Source: Eledone cirrhosa
Taxonomy: Eukaryota
Assembly (NCBI GenBank): GCA_964016885.1
Contig: OZ024743.1
Span: forward strand, 337,714,001 to 337,778,000
Direction: 5' to 3'
Length of the DNA stretch: 64,000 nt
Below, piece after piece: positions 12,360 through 27,780 of the stretch; the stretch's first letter is position 1, and every line of letters begins with the position of its first letter. Below the pieces are notes generated by a model, which saw only the letters and a program-made list of their open reading frames with translations, was not told the DNA's origin and ran no database searches. Position numbers and translations under genes: made by a program.

Positions 12360-15300
12360 CTCTGGCTGGTTATTCTGTCTATTAAGTAGTTGAGGAGGTA
12401 GATGTAACAGTAATATACTCTGGCTGGTTATTCTGTCCATGAAGTAGTTGAGGAGGTAGATGAAACAGTAATATACTCTGGCTGGTTATTCTGTCTATGA
12501 AGTAGTTGAGGAGGTAGATGAAACAGTAATATACTCTGGCTGGTTATTCTGTCCATGAAGTAGTTGAGGAGGTAGATATAACAGTAATATACTCTGGCTG
12601 GTTATTCTGTCTATTAAGTAGTTGAGGAGGTAGATGTAACAGTAATATACTCTGACTGGTTATTCTGTCTATTAAGTAGTTGAGGAGGTAGATGAAACAG
12701 TAATATACTCTAGCTGGTTATTCTGTCTATTAAGTAGTTGAGGAGGTAGATGAAACAGTAATATACTTTGCCTGGTTATTCTGTCCATGAAGTAGTTGAG
12801 GAGGTAGATGAAACAGTAATATACTCTGGCTGGTTATTCTGTCTATTAAGTAGTTGAGGAGGTAGATGTAACAGTAATATACTCTGCCTGGTTATTCTGT
12901 CTATTAAGTAGTTGAGGAGGTAGATGTAACAGTAATATACTCTGGCTGGTTATTCTGTCTATTAAGTAGTTGAGGAGGTAGATGTAACAGTAATATACTC
13001 TGCCTGGTTATTCTGTCTATTAAGTAGTTGAGGAGGTAGATGAAACAGTAATATACTCTGGCTGGTTATTCTGTCTATTAAGTAGTTGAGGAGGTAGATG
13101 TAACAGTAATATACTCTGCCTGGTTATTCTGTCTATTAAGTAGTTGAGGAGGTAGATGAAACAGTAATATACTCTGGCTGGTTATTCTGTCCATGAAGTA
13201 GTTGAGGAGGTAGATGTAACAGTAATATACTCTGGCTGGTTATTCTGTCTATTAAGTAGTTGAGGAGGTAGATGTAACAGTAATATACTCTGCCTGGTTA
13301 TTCTGTCTATTAAGTAGTTGAGGAGGTAGATGAAACAGTAATATACTCTGGCTGGTTATTCTGTCCATGAAGTAGTTGAGCAGGTAGATGAAACAATAAT
13401 ATACTCTGGCTGGTTATTCTGTCCATGAAGTAGTTGAGGAGGTAGATGAAACAGTAATATACTGTGGCTGGTTATTCTGTCCATGAAGTAGTTGAGGAGG
13501 TAGATGAAACAGTAATATACTCTGGCTGGTTATTCTGTCTATTAAGTAGTTGAGGAGGTAGATGTAACAGTAATATACTCTGGCTGGTTATTCTGTCCAT
13601 GAAGTAGTTGAGGAGGTAGATGAAACAGTAATATACTCTGGCTGGTTATTCTGTCTATGAAGTAGTTGAGGAGGTAGATGAAACAGTAATATACTCTGGC
13701 TGGTTATTCTGTCCATGAAGTAGTTGAGGAGGTAGATATAACAGTAATATACTCTGGCTGGTTATTCTGTCTATTAAGTAGTTGAGGAGGTAGATGTAAC
13801 AGTAATATACTCTGACTGGTTATTCTGTCTATTAAGTAGTTGAGGAGGTAGATGAAACAGTAATATACTCTAGCTGGTTATTCTGTCTATTAAGTAGTTG
13901 AGGAGGTAGATGAAACAGTAATATACTTTGCCTGGTTATTCTGTCCATGAAGTAGTTGAGGAGGTAGATGAAACAGTAATATACTCTGGCTGGTTATTCT
14001 GTCTATTAAGTAGTTGAGGAGGTAGATGTAACAGTAATATACTCTGCCTGGTTATTCTGTCTATTAAGTAGTTGAGGAGGTAGATGTAACAGTAATATAC
14101 TCTGGCTGGTTATTCTGTCTATTAAGTAGTTGAGGAGGTAGATGTAACAGTAATATACTCTGCCTGGTTATTCTGTCTATTAAGTAGTTGAGGAGGTAGA
14201 TGAAACAGTAATATACTCTGGCTGGTTATTCTGTCTATTAAGTAGTTGAGGAGGTAGATGTAACAGTAATATACTCTGCCTGGTTATTCTGTCTATTAAG
14301 TAGTTGAGGAGGTAGATGAAACAGTAATATACTCTGGCTGGTTATTCTGTCTATTAAGTAGTTGAGGAGGTAGATGTAACAGTAATATACTCTGCCTGGT
14401 TATTCTGTCTATTAAGTAGTTGAGGAGGTAGATGAAACAGTAATATACTCTGGCTGGTTATTCTGTCCATGAAGTAGTTGAGGAGGTAGATGTAACAGTA
14501 ATATACTCTGGCTGGTTATTCTGTCTATTAAGTAGTTGAGGAGGTAGATGTAACAGTAATATACTCTGCCTGGTTATTCTGTCTATTAAGTAGTTGAGGA
14601 GGTAGATGAAACAGTAATATACTCTGGCTGGTTATTCTGTCCATGAAGTAGTTGAGCAGGTAGATGAAACAATAATATACTCTGGCTGGTTATTCTGTCC
14701 ATGAAGTAGTTGAGGAGGTAGATGAAACAGTAATATACTGTGGCTGGTTATTCTGTCCATGAAGTAGTTGAGGAGGTAGATGAAACAGTAATATACTCTG
14801 GCTGGTTATTCTGTCTATTAAGTAGTTGAGGAGGTAGATGTAACAGTAATATACTCTGGCTGGTTATTCTGTCCATGAAGTAGTTGAGGAGGTAGATGAA
14901 ACAGTAATATACTCTGGCTGGTTATTCTGTCTATGAAGTAGTTGAGGAGGTAGATGAAACAGTAATATACTCTGGCTGGTTATTCTGTCCATGAAGTAGT
15001 TGAGGAGGTAGATATAACAGTAATATACTCTGGCTGGTTATTCTGTCTATTAAGTAGTTGAGGAGGTAGATGTAACAGTAATATACTCTGACTGGTTATT
15101 CTGTCTATTAAGTAGTTGAGGAGGTAGATGAAACAGTAATATACTCTAGCTGGTTATTCTGTCTATTAAGTAGTTGAGGAGGTAGATGAAACAGTAATAT
15201 ACTTTGCCTGGTTATTCTGTCCATGAAGTAGTTGAGGAGGTAGATGAAACAGTAATATACTCTGGCTGGTTATTCTGTCTATTAAGTAGTTGAGGAGGTA

Positions 15301-16010
15301 GATGTAACAGTAATATACTCTGCCTGGTTATTCTGTCTATTAAGTAGTTGAGGAGGTAGATGTAACAGTAATATACTCTGGCTGGTTATTCTGTCTATTA
15401 AGTAGTTGAGGAGGTAGATGTAACAGTAATATACTCCGCCTGGTTATTCTGTCTATTAAGTAGTTGAGGAGGTAGATGAAACAGTAATATACTCTGGCTG
15501 GTTATTCTGTCTATTAAGTAGTTGAGGAGGTAGATGTAACAGTAATATACTCTGCCTGGTTATTCTGTCTATTAAGTAGTTGAGGAGGTAGATGAAACAG
15601 TAATATACTCTGGCTGGTTATTCTGTCCATGAAGTAGTTGAGGAGGTAGATGTAACAGTAATATACTCTGGCTGGTTATTCTGTCTATTAAGTAGTTGAG
15701 GAGGTAGATGTAACAGTAATATACTCTGCCTGGTTATTCTGTCTATTAAGTAGTTGAGGAGGTAGATGAAACAGTAATATACTCTGGCTGGTTATTCTGT
15801 CCATGAAGTAGTTGAGCAGGTAGATGAAACAATAATATACTCTGGCTGGTTATTCTGTCCATGAAGTAGTTGAGGAGGTAGATGAAACAGTAATATACTG
15901 TGGCTGGTTATTCTGTCCATGAAGTAGTTGAGGAGGTAGATGAAACAGTAATATACTCTGGCTGGTTATTCTGTCTATTAAGTAGTTGAGGAGGTAGATG
16001 TAACAGTAAT
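12360..16010. repeat. Triplication of a 20-monomer block, with a 22-monomer middle copy
   Basis: GATATAAC at 12578/13738/15014 and TCTAGCTGG at 12712/13872/15148 (offsets 1160 then 1276). GAGCAGG at 13381/14657/15817 (offsets 1276 then 1160). Boundaries approximate. Confidence 0.85.
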
Positions 16011-17929
16011 ATACTCTGGCTGGTTATTCTGTCTATTAAGAAGTTGAGGAGGTAGATGAAACAGTAATATACTCTGGCTGGTTATTCTGTCCATGAAGTA
16101 GTTGAGGAGGTAGATGAAACAATAATATACTCTGGCTGGTTATTCTGTCCATGAAGTAGTTGAGGAGGTAGATGAAACAGTAATATACTCTGGCTGGTTA
16201 TTCTGTCCATGAAGTAGTTGAGGAGGAAGATGAAACAGTAATATACTCTGGCTGGTTATTCTGTCTATTAAGTAGTTGAGGAGGTAGATGTAACAGTAAT
16301 ATACTCTGGCTGGTTATTCTGTCTATTAAGTAGTTGAGGAGCTAGATGTTACAGTAATATACTCTGCCTGGTTATTCTGTCTATTAAGTAGGTGAGGAGG
16401 TAGATGTAACAGTAATATATTCTGGCTGGTTATTCTGTCTATGAAGTAGTTGAGGAGGTAGATGTAACAGTAATATACTCTGGCTGGTTATTCTGTCTAT
16501 TAAGTAGTTGAGGAGGTAGATGTAACAGTAATATACTCTGGCTGGTTATTCTGTCCATGAAGTAGTTGAGGAGGTAGATGAAACAGTAATATACTCTGGC
16601 TGGTTATTCTGTCTATTAAGTAGTTGAGGAGGTAGATGTAACAGTAATATACTCTGGCTGGTTATTCTGTCTATTAAGTAGTTGAGGAGGTAGATGTAAC
16701 AGTAATATACTCTGGCTGATTATTATGTCCATTAAGTAGTTGAGGAGGTAGATGAAACAGTAATATACTCTGCCTGGTTATTCTGTCTATTAAGTAGTTG
16801 AGGAGGTAGATGTAACAGTAATATACTCTGGCTGGTTATTCTGTCTATTAAGTAGTTGAGGAGGTAGATGTAACAGTAATATACTCTGGCTGGTTATTCT
16901 GTCCATGAAGTAGTTGAGGAGGTAGATGAAACAGTAATATACTCTGGCTGGTTATTCTGTCTATTAAGTAGTTGAGGAGGTAGATGTAACAGTAATATAC
17001 TCTGGCTGGTTATTCTGTCCATGAATTAGTTGACGAGGTAGATGAAACAGTAATATACTCTGGCTGGTTATTCTGTCTATTAAGTAGTTGAGGAGGTAGA
17101 TGTAACAGTAATATACTCTGGCTTGTTATTCTGTCTATTAAGTAGTTGAGGAGGTAGATGTAACAGTAATATAATCTGGCTGGTTATTCTGTCTATTAAG
17201 TAGTTGAGGAGGTAGATGTAACAGTAATATACTCTGGCTTGTTATTCTGTCTATTAAGTAGTTGAGGAGGTAGATGTAACAGTAATATACTCAGCCTGGT
17301 TATTCTGTCTATTAAGTAGTTGAGGAGGTAGATGAAACAGTAATATACTCTGGCTGGTTATTCTGTCCATGAAGTAGTTGAGGAGGTAGATGAAACAATA
17401 ATATACTCTGGCTGGTTATTCTGTCTATTAAGTAGTTGAGGAGGTAGATGTAACAGTAATATAATCTGGCTGGTTATTCTGTCTATTACGTAGTTGAGGA
17501 GGTAGATGTAACAGTAATATACTCTGGCTGGTTATTCTGTCTATTAAGTAGTTGAGGAGGTAGATGTAACAGTAATATACTCTGGCTGGTTATTCTGTCC
17601 ATGAAGTAGTTGAGGAGGTAGATGAAACAGTAATATACTCTGGCTGGTTATTCTGTCTATTAAGTAGTTGAGGAGGTAGATGTAACAGTAATATACTCTG
17701 GCTGGTTATTCTGTCTATTAAGTAGTTGAGGAGGTAGATGTAACAGTAATATACTCTGGCTGGTTATTCTGTCCATGAAGTAGTTGAGGAGGTAGATGAA
17801 ACAGTAATATACTCTGGCTGGTTATTCTGTCTATTAAGTAGTTGAGGAGGTAGATGTAACAGTAATATACTCTGGCTGGTTATTCTGTCTATTAAGTAGT
17901 TGAGGAGGTAGATGTAACAGTAATATACT

Positions 17930-20900
17930 CTGGCTGGTTATTCTGTCCATGAAGTAGTTGAGGAGGTAGATGAAACAGTAATATACTCTGGCTGGTTATT
18001 CTGTCTATTAAGTAGTTGAGGAGGTAGATGTAACAGTAATATACTCTGGCTGGTTATTCTGTCTATTAAGTAGTTGAGGAGGTAGATGTAACAGTAATAT
18101 ACTCTGGCTGATTATTATGTCCATTAAGTAGTTGAGGAGGTAGATGAAACAGTAATATACTCTGGCTGGTTATTCTGTCTATTAAGTAGTTGAGGAGGTA
18201 GATGTAACAGTAATATACTCTGGCTGGTTATTCTGTCTATTAAGTAGTTGAGGAGGTAGATGAAACAGTAATATACTCTGGCTGGTTATTCTGTCCATGA
18301 AGTAGTTGAGGAGGTAGATGAAACAGTAATATAATCTGGCTGGTTATTCTGTCTATTAAGTAGTTGAGGAGGTAGATGTAACAGTAATATACTCTGGCTG
18401 GTTATTCTGTCTATTAAGTAGTTGAGGAGGTAGATGTAACAGTAATATATTCTGGCTGGTTATTCTGTCTATTAAGTAGTTGAGGAGGTAGATGAAACAG
18501 TAATATACTCTGGCTGGTTATTCTGTCTATTAAGTAGTTGAGGAGGTAGATGAAACAGTAATATACTCTGGCTGGTTATTCTGTCTATTAAGTAGTTGAG
18601 GAGCTAGATGTAACAGTAATATACTCTGGCTGGTTATTCTGTCTATTAAGTAGTTGAGGAGGTAGATGAAACAGTAATATACTCTGGATGGTTATTCTGT
18701 CTATTAAGTAGTTGAGGAGCTAGATGTAACAGTAATATACTCTGGCTGGTTATTCTGTCTATTAAGTAGTTGAGGAGGTAGATGTAACAGTAATATATTC
18801 TGGCTGGTTATTCTGTCTATTAAGTAGTTGAGGAGGTAGATGTAACAGTAATATACTCTGGCTGGTTATGCTGTCTATTAAGTAGTTGAGGAGGTAGATG
18901 TAACAGTAATATACTCTGGCTGGTTATTCTGTCTATTATGTTGTTGAGGAGGTAGATGAAACAGTAATATACTCTGGCTGGTTATTCTCTCCATGAAGTA
19001 GTTGAGGAGGTAGATGAAACAGTAATATACTCTGCCTGGTTATTCTGTCTATTAAGTAGTTGAGGAGGTAGATGTAACAGTAATATACTCTGGCTGGTTA
19101 TTCTGTCTATTAAATAGTTGAGGAGGTAGATGTAACAGTAATATACTCTGGCTGGTTATTCTGTCTATTAAGTAGTTGAGGAGGTAGATGTAACAGTAAT
19201 ATACTCTGGCTGGTTATTCTGTCTATTATGTAGTTGAGGAGGTAGATGAAACAGTAATATACTCTGGCTGGTTATTCTGTCCATGAAGTAGTTGAGGAGG
19301 TAGATGAAACAGTAATATACTCTGCCTGGTTATTCTGTCTATTAAGTAGTTGAGGAGGTAGATGAAACAGTAATATACTCTGCCTGGTTATTCTGTATAT
19401 TAAGTAGTTGAGGAGGTAGATGTAACAGTAATATACTCTGGCTGGTTATTCTGTCCATTAAGTAGTTGAGGAGGTAGATGAAACAGTAATATACTCTGCC
19501 TGGTTATTCTGTCTATTAAGTAGTTGAGGAGGTAGATGAAACAGTAATATACTCTGGCTGGTTATTCTGTCCATGAAGTAGTTGAGGAGGTAGATATAAC
19601 AGTAATATACTCTGGCTGGTTATTCTGTCTATTAAGTAGTTGAGGAGGTAGATGTAACAGTAATATACTCTGACTGGTTATTCTGTCTATTAAGTAGTTG
19701 AGGAGGTAGATGAAACAGTAATATACTCTGGCTGGTTATTCTGTCTATTAAGTAGTTGAGGAGGTAGATGAAACAGTAATATACTTTGCCTGGTTATTCT
19801 GTCCATGAAGTAGTTGAGGAGGTAGATGAAACAGTAATATACTCTGGCTTGTTATTCTGTCTATTAAGTAGTTGAGGAGGTAGATGTAACAGTAATATAC
19901 TCTGCCTGGTTATTCTGTCTATTAAGTAGTTGAGGAGGTAGATGTAACAGTAATATACTCTGGCTGGTTATTCTGTCTATTAAGTAGTTGAGGAGGTAGA
20001 TGTAACAGTAATATACTCTGCCTGGTTATTCTGTCTATTAAGTAGTTGAGGAGGTAGATGAAACAGTAATATACTCTGGCTGGTTATTCTGTCTATTAAG
20101 TAGTTGAGGAGGTAGATGTAACAGTAATATACTCTGCCTGGTTATTCTGTCTATTAAGTAGTTGAGGAGGTAGATGAAACAGTAATATACTCTGGCTGGT
20201 TATTCTGTCCATGAAGTAGTTGAGGAGGTAGATGTAACAGTAATATACTCTGGCTGGTTATTCTGTCTATTAAGTAGTTGAGGAGGTAGATGTAACAGTA
20301 ATATACTCTGCCTGGTTATTCTGTCTATTAAGTAGTTGAGGAGGTAGATGAAACAGTAATATACTCTGGCTGGTTATTCTGTCTATTAAGTAGTTGAGGA
20401 GGTAGATGAAACAGTAATATACTCTGCCTGGTTATTCTGTCTATTAAGTAGTTGAGGAGGTAGATGAAACAGTAATATACTCTGGCTGGTTATTCTGTCT
20501 ATTAAGTAGTTGAGGAGGTAGATGTAACAGTAATATACTCTGGCTGGTTATTCTGTCCATTAAGTAGTTGAGGAGGTAGATGAAACAGTAATATACTCTG
20601 CCTGGTTATTCTGTCTATTAAGTAGTTGAGGAGGTAGATGTAACAGTAATATACTCTGGCTGGTTATTCTGTCTATTAAGTAGTTGAGGAGGTAGATGTA
20701 ACAGTAATATACTCTGGCTGGTTATTCTGTCCATGAAGTAGTTGAGGAGGTAGATGAAACAGTAATATACTCTGGCTGGTTATTCTGTCTATGAAGTAGT
20801 TGAGGAGGTAGATGAAACAGTAATATACTCTGGCTGGTTATTCTGTCCATGAAGTAGTTGAGGAGGTAGATATAACAGTAATATACTCTGGCTGGTTATT

Positions 20901-23900
20901 CTGTCTATTAAGTAGTTGAGGAGGTAGATGTAACAGTAATATACTCTGACTGGTTATTCTGTCTATTAAGTAGTTGAGGAGGTAGGTGAAACAGTAATAT
21001 ACTCTGGCTGGTTATTCTGTCTATTAAGTAGTTGAGGAGGTAGATGAAACAGTAATATACTTTGCCTGGTTATTCTGTCCATGAAGTAGTTGAGGAGGTA
21101 GATGAAACAGTAATATACTCTGGCTGGTTATTCTGTCTATTAAGTAGTTGAGGAGGTAGATGTAACAGTAATATACTCTGCCTGGTTATTCTGTCTATTA
21201 AGTAGTTGAGGAGGTAGATGTAACAGTAATATACTCTGGCTGGTTATTCTGTCTATTAAGTAGTTGAGGAGGTAGATGTAACAGTAATATACTCTGCCTG
21301 GTTATTCTGTCTATTAAGTAGTTGAGGAGGTAGATGAAACAGTAATATACTCTGGCTGGTTATTCTGTCTATTAAGTAGTTGAGGAGGTAGATGTAACAG
21401 TAATATACTCTGCCTGGTTATTCTGTCTATTAAGTAGTTGAGGAGGTAGATGAAACAGTAATATACTCTGGCTGGTTATTCTGTCCATGAAGTAGTTGAG
21501 GAGGTAGATGTAACAGTAATATACTCTGGCTGGTTATTCTGTCTATTAAGTAGTTGAGGAGGTAGATGTAACAGTAATATACTCTGCCTGGTTATTCTGT
21601 CTATTAAGTAGTTGAGGAGGTAGATGAAACAGTAATATACTCTGGCTGGTTATTCTGTCTATTAAGTAGTTGAGGAGGTAGATGTAACAGTAATATACTC
21701 TGGCTGGTTATTCTGTCTATTAAGTAGTTGAGGAGGTAGATGTAACAGTAATATACTCTGGCTGGTTATTCTGTCCATGAAGTAGTTGAGCAGGTAGATG
21801 AAACAATAATATACTCTGGCTGGTTATTCTGTCCATGAAGTAGTTGAGGAGGTAGATGAAACAGTAATATACTCTGGCTGGTTATTCTGTCCATGAAGTA
21901 GTTGAGGAGGTAGATGAAACAGTAATATACTCTGGCTGGTTATTCTGTCTATTAAGTAGTTGAGGAGGTAGATGTAACAGTAATATACTCTGGCTGGTTA
22001 TTCTGTCTATTAAGAAGTTGAGGAGGTAGATGAAACAGTAATATACTCTGGCTGGTTATTCTGTCCATGAAGTAGTTGAGGAGGTAGATGAAACAATAAT
22101 ATACTCTGGCTGGTTATTCTGTCCATGAAGTAGTTGAGGAGGTAGATGAAACAGTAATATACTCTGGCTGGTTATTCTGTCCATGAAGTAGTTGAGGAGG
22201 AAGATGAAACAGTAATATACTCTGGCTGGTTATTCTGTCTATTAAGTAGTTGAGGAGGTAGATGTAACAGTAATATACTCTGGCTGGTTATTCTGTCTAT
22301 TAAGTAGGTGAGGAGGTAGATGTAACAGTAATATATTCTGGCTGGTTATTCTGTTTATGAAGTAGTTGAGGAGGTAGATGTAACAGTAATATACTCTGGC
22401 TGGTTATTCTGTCTATTAAGTAGTTGAGAAGGTAGATGTAACAGTAATATACTCTGCCTGGTTATTCTGTCTATTAAGTAGTTGAGGAGGTAGATGAAAC
22501 AGTAATATACTCTGGCTGGTTATTCTGTCTATTAAGTAGTTGAGGAGGTAGATGTAACAGTAATATACTCTGCCTGGTTATTCTGTCTATTAAGTAGGTG
22601 AGGAGGTAGATGTAACAGTAATATATTCTGGCTGGTTATTCTGTTTATGAAGTAGTTGAGGAGGTAGATGTAACAGTAATATACTCTGGCTGGTTATTCT
22701 GTCTATTAAGTAGTTGAGGAGGTAGATGTAACAGCAATATACTCTGGCTGGTTATTCTGTCCATGAAGTAGTTGAGGAGGTAGATGAAACAGTAATATAC
22801 TCTGGCTGGTTATTCTGTCTATTAAGTAGTTGAGGAGGTAGATGTAACAGTAATATACTCTGGCTGGTTATTCTGTCTATTAAGTAGTTGAGGAGGTAGA
22901 TGTAACAGTAATATACTCTGGCTGATTATTATGTCCATTAAGTAGTTGAGGAGGTAGATGAAACAGTAATATACTCTGGCTGGTTATTCTGTCTATTAAG
23001 TAGTTGAGGAGGTAGATGTAACAGTAATATACTCTGGCTGGTTATTCTGTCTATTAAGTAGTTGAGGAGGTAGATGAAACAGTAATATACTCTGGCTGGT
23101 TATTCTGTCCATGAAGTAGTTGAGGAGGTAGATGAAACAGTAATATAATCTGGCTGGTTATTCTGTCTATTAAGTAGTTGAGGAGGTAGATGTAACAGTA
23201 ATATACTCTGGCTGGTTATTCTGTCTATTAAGTAGTTGAGGAGGTAGATGTAACAGTAATATATTCTGGCTGGTTATTCTGTCTATTAAGTAGTTGAGGA
23301 GGTAGATGAAACAGTAATATACTCTGGCTGGTTATTCTGTCTATTAAGTAGTTGAGGAGGTAGATGAAACAGTAATATACTCTGGCTGGTTATTCTGTCT
23401 ATTAAGTAGTTGAGGAGCTAGATGTAACAGTAATATACTCTGGCTGGTTATTCTGTCTATTAAGTAGTTGAGGAGGTAGATGAAACAGTAATATACTCTG
23501 GATGGTTATTCTGTCTATTAAGTAGTTGAGGAGCTAGATGTAACAGTAATATACTCTGGCTGGTTATTCTGTCTATTAAGTAGTTGAGGAGGTAGATGTA
23601 ACAGTAATATATTCTGGCTGGTTATTCTGTCTATTAAGTAGTTGAGGAGGTAGATGTAACAGTAATATACTCTGGCTGGTTATGCTGTCTATTAAGTAGT
23701 TGAGGAGGTAGATGTAACAGTAATATACTCTGGCTGGTTATTCTGTCTATTATGTTGTTGAGGAGGTAGATGAAACAGTAATATACTCTGGCTGGTTATT
23801 CTCTCCATGAAGTAGTTGAGGAGGTAGATGAAACAGTAATATACTCTGCCTGGTTATTCTGTCTATTAAGTAGTTGAGGAGGTAGATGTAACAGTAATAT

Positions 23901-26900
23901 ACTCTGGCTGGTTATTCTGTCTATTAAATAGTTGAGGAGGTAGATGTAACAGTAATATACTCTGGCTGGTTATTCTGTCTATTAAGTAGTTGAGGAGGTA
24001 GATGTAACAGTAATATACTCTGGCTGGTTATTCTGTCTATTATGTAGTTGAGGAGGTAGATGAAACAGTAATATACTCTGGCTGGTTATTCTGTCCATGA
24101 AGTAGTTGAGGAGGTAGATGAAACAGTAATATACTCTGCCTGGTTATTCTGTCTATTAAGTAGTTGAGGAGGTAGATGAAACAGTAATATACTCTGCCTG
24201 GTTATTCTGTATATTAAGTAGTTGAGGAGGTAGATGTAACAGTAATATACTCTGGCTGGTTATTCTGTCCATTAAGTAGTTGAGGAGGTAGATGAAACAG
24301 TAATATACTCTGCCTGGTTATTCTGTCTATTAAGTAGTTGAGGAGGTAGATGAAACAGTAATATACTCTGGCTGGTTATTCTGTCCATGAAGTAGTTGAG
24401 GAGGTAGATATAACAGTAATATACTCTGGCTGGTTATTCTGTCTATTAAGTAGTTGAGGAGGTAGATGTAACAGTAATATACTCTGACTGGTTATTCTGT
24501 CTATTAAGTAGTTGAGGAGGTAGATGAAACAGTAATATACTCTGGCTGGTTATTCTGTCTATTAAGTAGTTGAGGAGGTAGATGAAACAGTAATATACTT
24601 TGCCTGGTTATTCTGTCCATGAAGTAGTTGAGGAGGTAGATGAAACAGTAATATACTCTGGCTTGTTATTCTGTCTATTAAGTAGTTGAGGAGGTAGATG
24701 TAACAGTAATATACTCTGCCTGGTTATTCTGTCTATTAAGTAGTTGAGGAGGTAGATGTAACAGTAATATACTCTGGCTGGTTATTCTGTCTATTAAGTA
24801 GTTGAGGAGGTAGATGTAACAGTAATATACTCTGCCTGGTTATTCTGTCTATTAAGTAGTTGAGGAGGTAGATGAAACAGTAATATACTCTGGCTGGTTA
24901 TTCTGTCTATTAAGTAGTTGAGGAGGTAGATGTAACAGTAATATACTCTGCCTGGTTATTCTGTCTATTAAGTAGTTGAGGAGGTAGATGAAACAGTAAT
25001 ATACTCTGGCTGGTTATTCTGTCCATGAAGTAGTTGAGGAGGTAGATGTAACAGTAATATACTCTGGCTGGTTATTCTGTCTATTAAGTAGTTGAGGAGG
25101 TAGATGTAACAGTAATATACTCTGCCTGGTTATTCTGTCTATTAAGTAGTTGAGGAGGTAGATGAAACAGTAATATACTCTGGCTGGTTATTCTGTCTAT
25201 TAAGTAGTTGAGGAGGTAGATGAAACAGTAATATACTCTGCCTGGTTATTCTGTCTATTAAGTAGTTGAGGAGGTAGATGAAACAGTAATATACTCTGGC
25301 TGGTTATTCTGTCTATTAAGTAGTTGAGGAGGTAGATGTAACAGTAATATACTCTGGCTGGTTATTCTGTCCATTAAGTAGTTGAGGAGGTAGATGAAAC
25401 AGTAATATACTCTGCCTGGTTATTCTGTCTATTAAGTAGTTGAGGAGGTAGATGTAACAGTAATATACTCTGGCTGGTTATTCTGTCTATTAAGTAGTTG
25501 AGGAGGTAGATGTAACAGTAATATACTCTGGCTGGTTATTCTGTCCATGAAGTAGTTGAGGAGGTAGATGAAACAGTAATATACTCTGGCTGGTTATTCT
25601 GTCTATGAAGTAGTTGAGGAGGTAGATGAAACAGTAATATACTCTGGCTGGTTATTCTGTCCATGAAGTAGTTGAGGAGGTAGATATAACAGTAATATAC
25701 TCTGGCTGGTTATTCTGTCTATTAAGTAGTTGAGGAGGTAGATGTAACAGTAATATACTCTGACTGGTTATTCTGTCTATTAAGTAGTTGAGGAGGTAGG
25801 TGAAACAGTAATATACTCTGGCTGGTTATTCTGTCTATTAAGTAGTTGAGGAGGTAGATGAAACAGTAATATACTTTGCCTGGTTATTCTGTCCATGAAG
25901 TAGTTGAGGAGGTAGATGAAACAGTAATATACTCTGGCTGGTTATTCTGTCTATTAAGTAGTTGAGGAGGTAGATGTAACAGTAATATACTCTGCCTGGT
26001 TATTCTGTCTATTAAGTAGTTGAGGAGGTAGATGTAACAGTAATATACTCTGGCTGGTTATTCTGTCTATTAAGTAGTTGAGGAGGTAGATGTAACAGTA
26101 ATATACTCTGCCTGGTTATTCTGTCTATTAAGTAGTTGAGGAGGTAGATGAAACAGTAATATACTCTGGCTGGTTATTCTGTCTATTAAGTAGTTGAGGA
26201 GGTAGATGTAACAGTAATATACTCTGCCTGGTTATTCTGTCTATTAAGTAGTTGAGGAGGTAGATGAAACAGTAATATACTCTGGCTGGTTATTCTGTCC
26301 ATGAAGTAGTTGAGGAGGTAGATGTAACAGTAATATACTCTGGCTGGTTATTCTGTCTATTAAGTAGTTGAGGAGGTAGATGTAACAGTAATATACTCTG
26401 CCTGGTTATTCTGTCTATTAAGTAGTTGAGGAGGTAGATGAAACAGTAATATACTCTGGCTGGTTATTCTGTCTATTAAGTAGTTGAGGAGGTAGATGTA
26501 ACAGTAATATACTCTGGCTGGTTATTCTGTCTATTAAGTAGTTGAGGAGGTAGATGTAACAGTAATATACTCTGGCTGGTTATTCTGTCCATGAAGTAGT
26601 TGAGCAGGTAGATGAAACAATAATATACTCTGGCTGGTTATTCTGTCCATGAAGTAGTTGAGGAGGTAGATGAAACAGTAATATACTCTGGCTGGTTATT
26701 CTGTCCATGAAGTAGTTGAGGAGGTAGATGAAACAGTAATATACTCTGGCTGGTTATTCTGTCTATTAAGTAGTTGAGGAGGTAGATGTAACAGTAATAT
26801 ACTCTGGCTGGTTATTCTGTCTATTAAGAAGTTGAGGAGGTAGATGAAACAGTAATATACTCTGGCTGGTTATTCTGTCCATGAAGTAGTTGAGGAGGTA

Positions 26901-27780
26901 GATGAAACAATAATATACTCTGGCTGGTTATTCTGTCCATGAAGTAGTTGAGGAGGTAGATGAAACAGTAATATACTCTGGCTGGTTATTCTGTCCATGA
27001 AGTAGTTGAGGAGGAAGATGAAACAGTAATATACTCTGGCTGGTTATTCTGTCTATTAAGTAGTTGAGGAGGTAGATGTAACAGTAATATACTCTGGCTG
27101 GTTATTCTGTCTATTAAGTAGGTGAGGAGGTAGATGTAACAGTAATATATTCTGGCTGGTTATTCTGTTTATGAAGTAGTTGAGGAGGTAGATGTAACAG
27201 TAATATACTCTGGCTGGTTATTCTGTCTATTAAGTAGTTGAGGAGGTAGATGTAACAGTAATATACTCTGCCTGGTTATTCTGTCTATTAAGTAGTTGAG
27301 GAGGTAGATGAAACAGTAATATACTCTGGCTGGTTATTCTGTCTATTAAGTAGTTGAGGAGGTAGATGTAACAGTAATATACTCTGCCTGGTTATTCTGT
27401 CTATTAAGTAGGTGAGGAGGTAGATGTAACAGTAATATATTCTGGCTGGTTATTCTGTTTATGAAGTAGTTGAGGAGGTAGATGTAACAGTAATATACTC
27501 TGGCTGGTTATTCTGTCTATTAAGTAGTTGAGGAGGTAGATGTAACAGCAATATACTCTGGCTGGTTATTCTGTCCATGAAGTAGTTGAGGAGGTAGATG
27601 AAACAGTAATATACTCTGGCTGGTTATTCTGTCTATTAAGTAGTTGAGGAGGTAGATGTAACAGTAATATACTCTGGCTGGTTATTCTGTCTATTAAGTA
27701 GTTGAGGAGGTAGATGTAACAGTAATATACTCTGGCTGATTATTATGTCCATTAAGTAGTTGAGGAGGTAGATGAAACAG
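17930..27780. repeat. Tandem duplication of an 83-monomer (4814 bp) block
   Basis: Markers found only in these two copies recur at exactly 4814 bp: TTATGCTG at 18870/23684, GGTAGGTG at 20986/25800, ACAGCAAT at 22735/27549. GATATAAC at 19596/24410 and 20872/25686 agrees. Confidence 0.92.
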
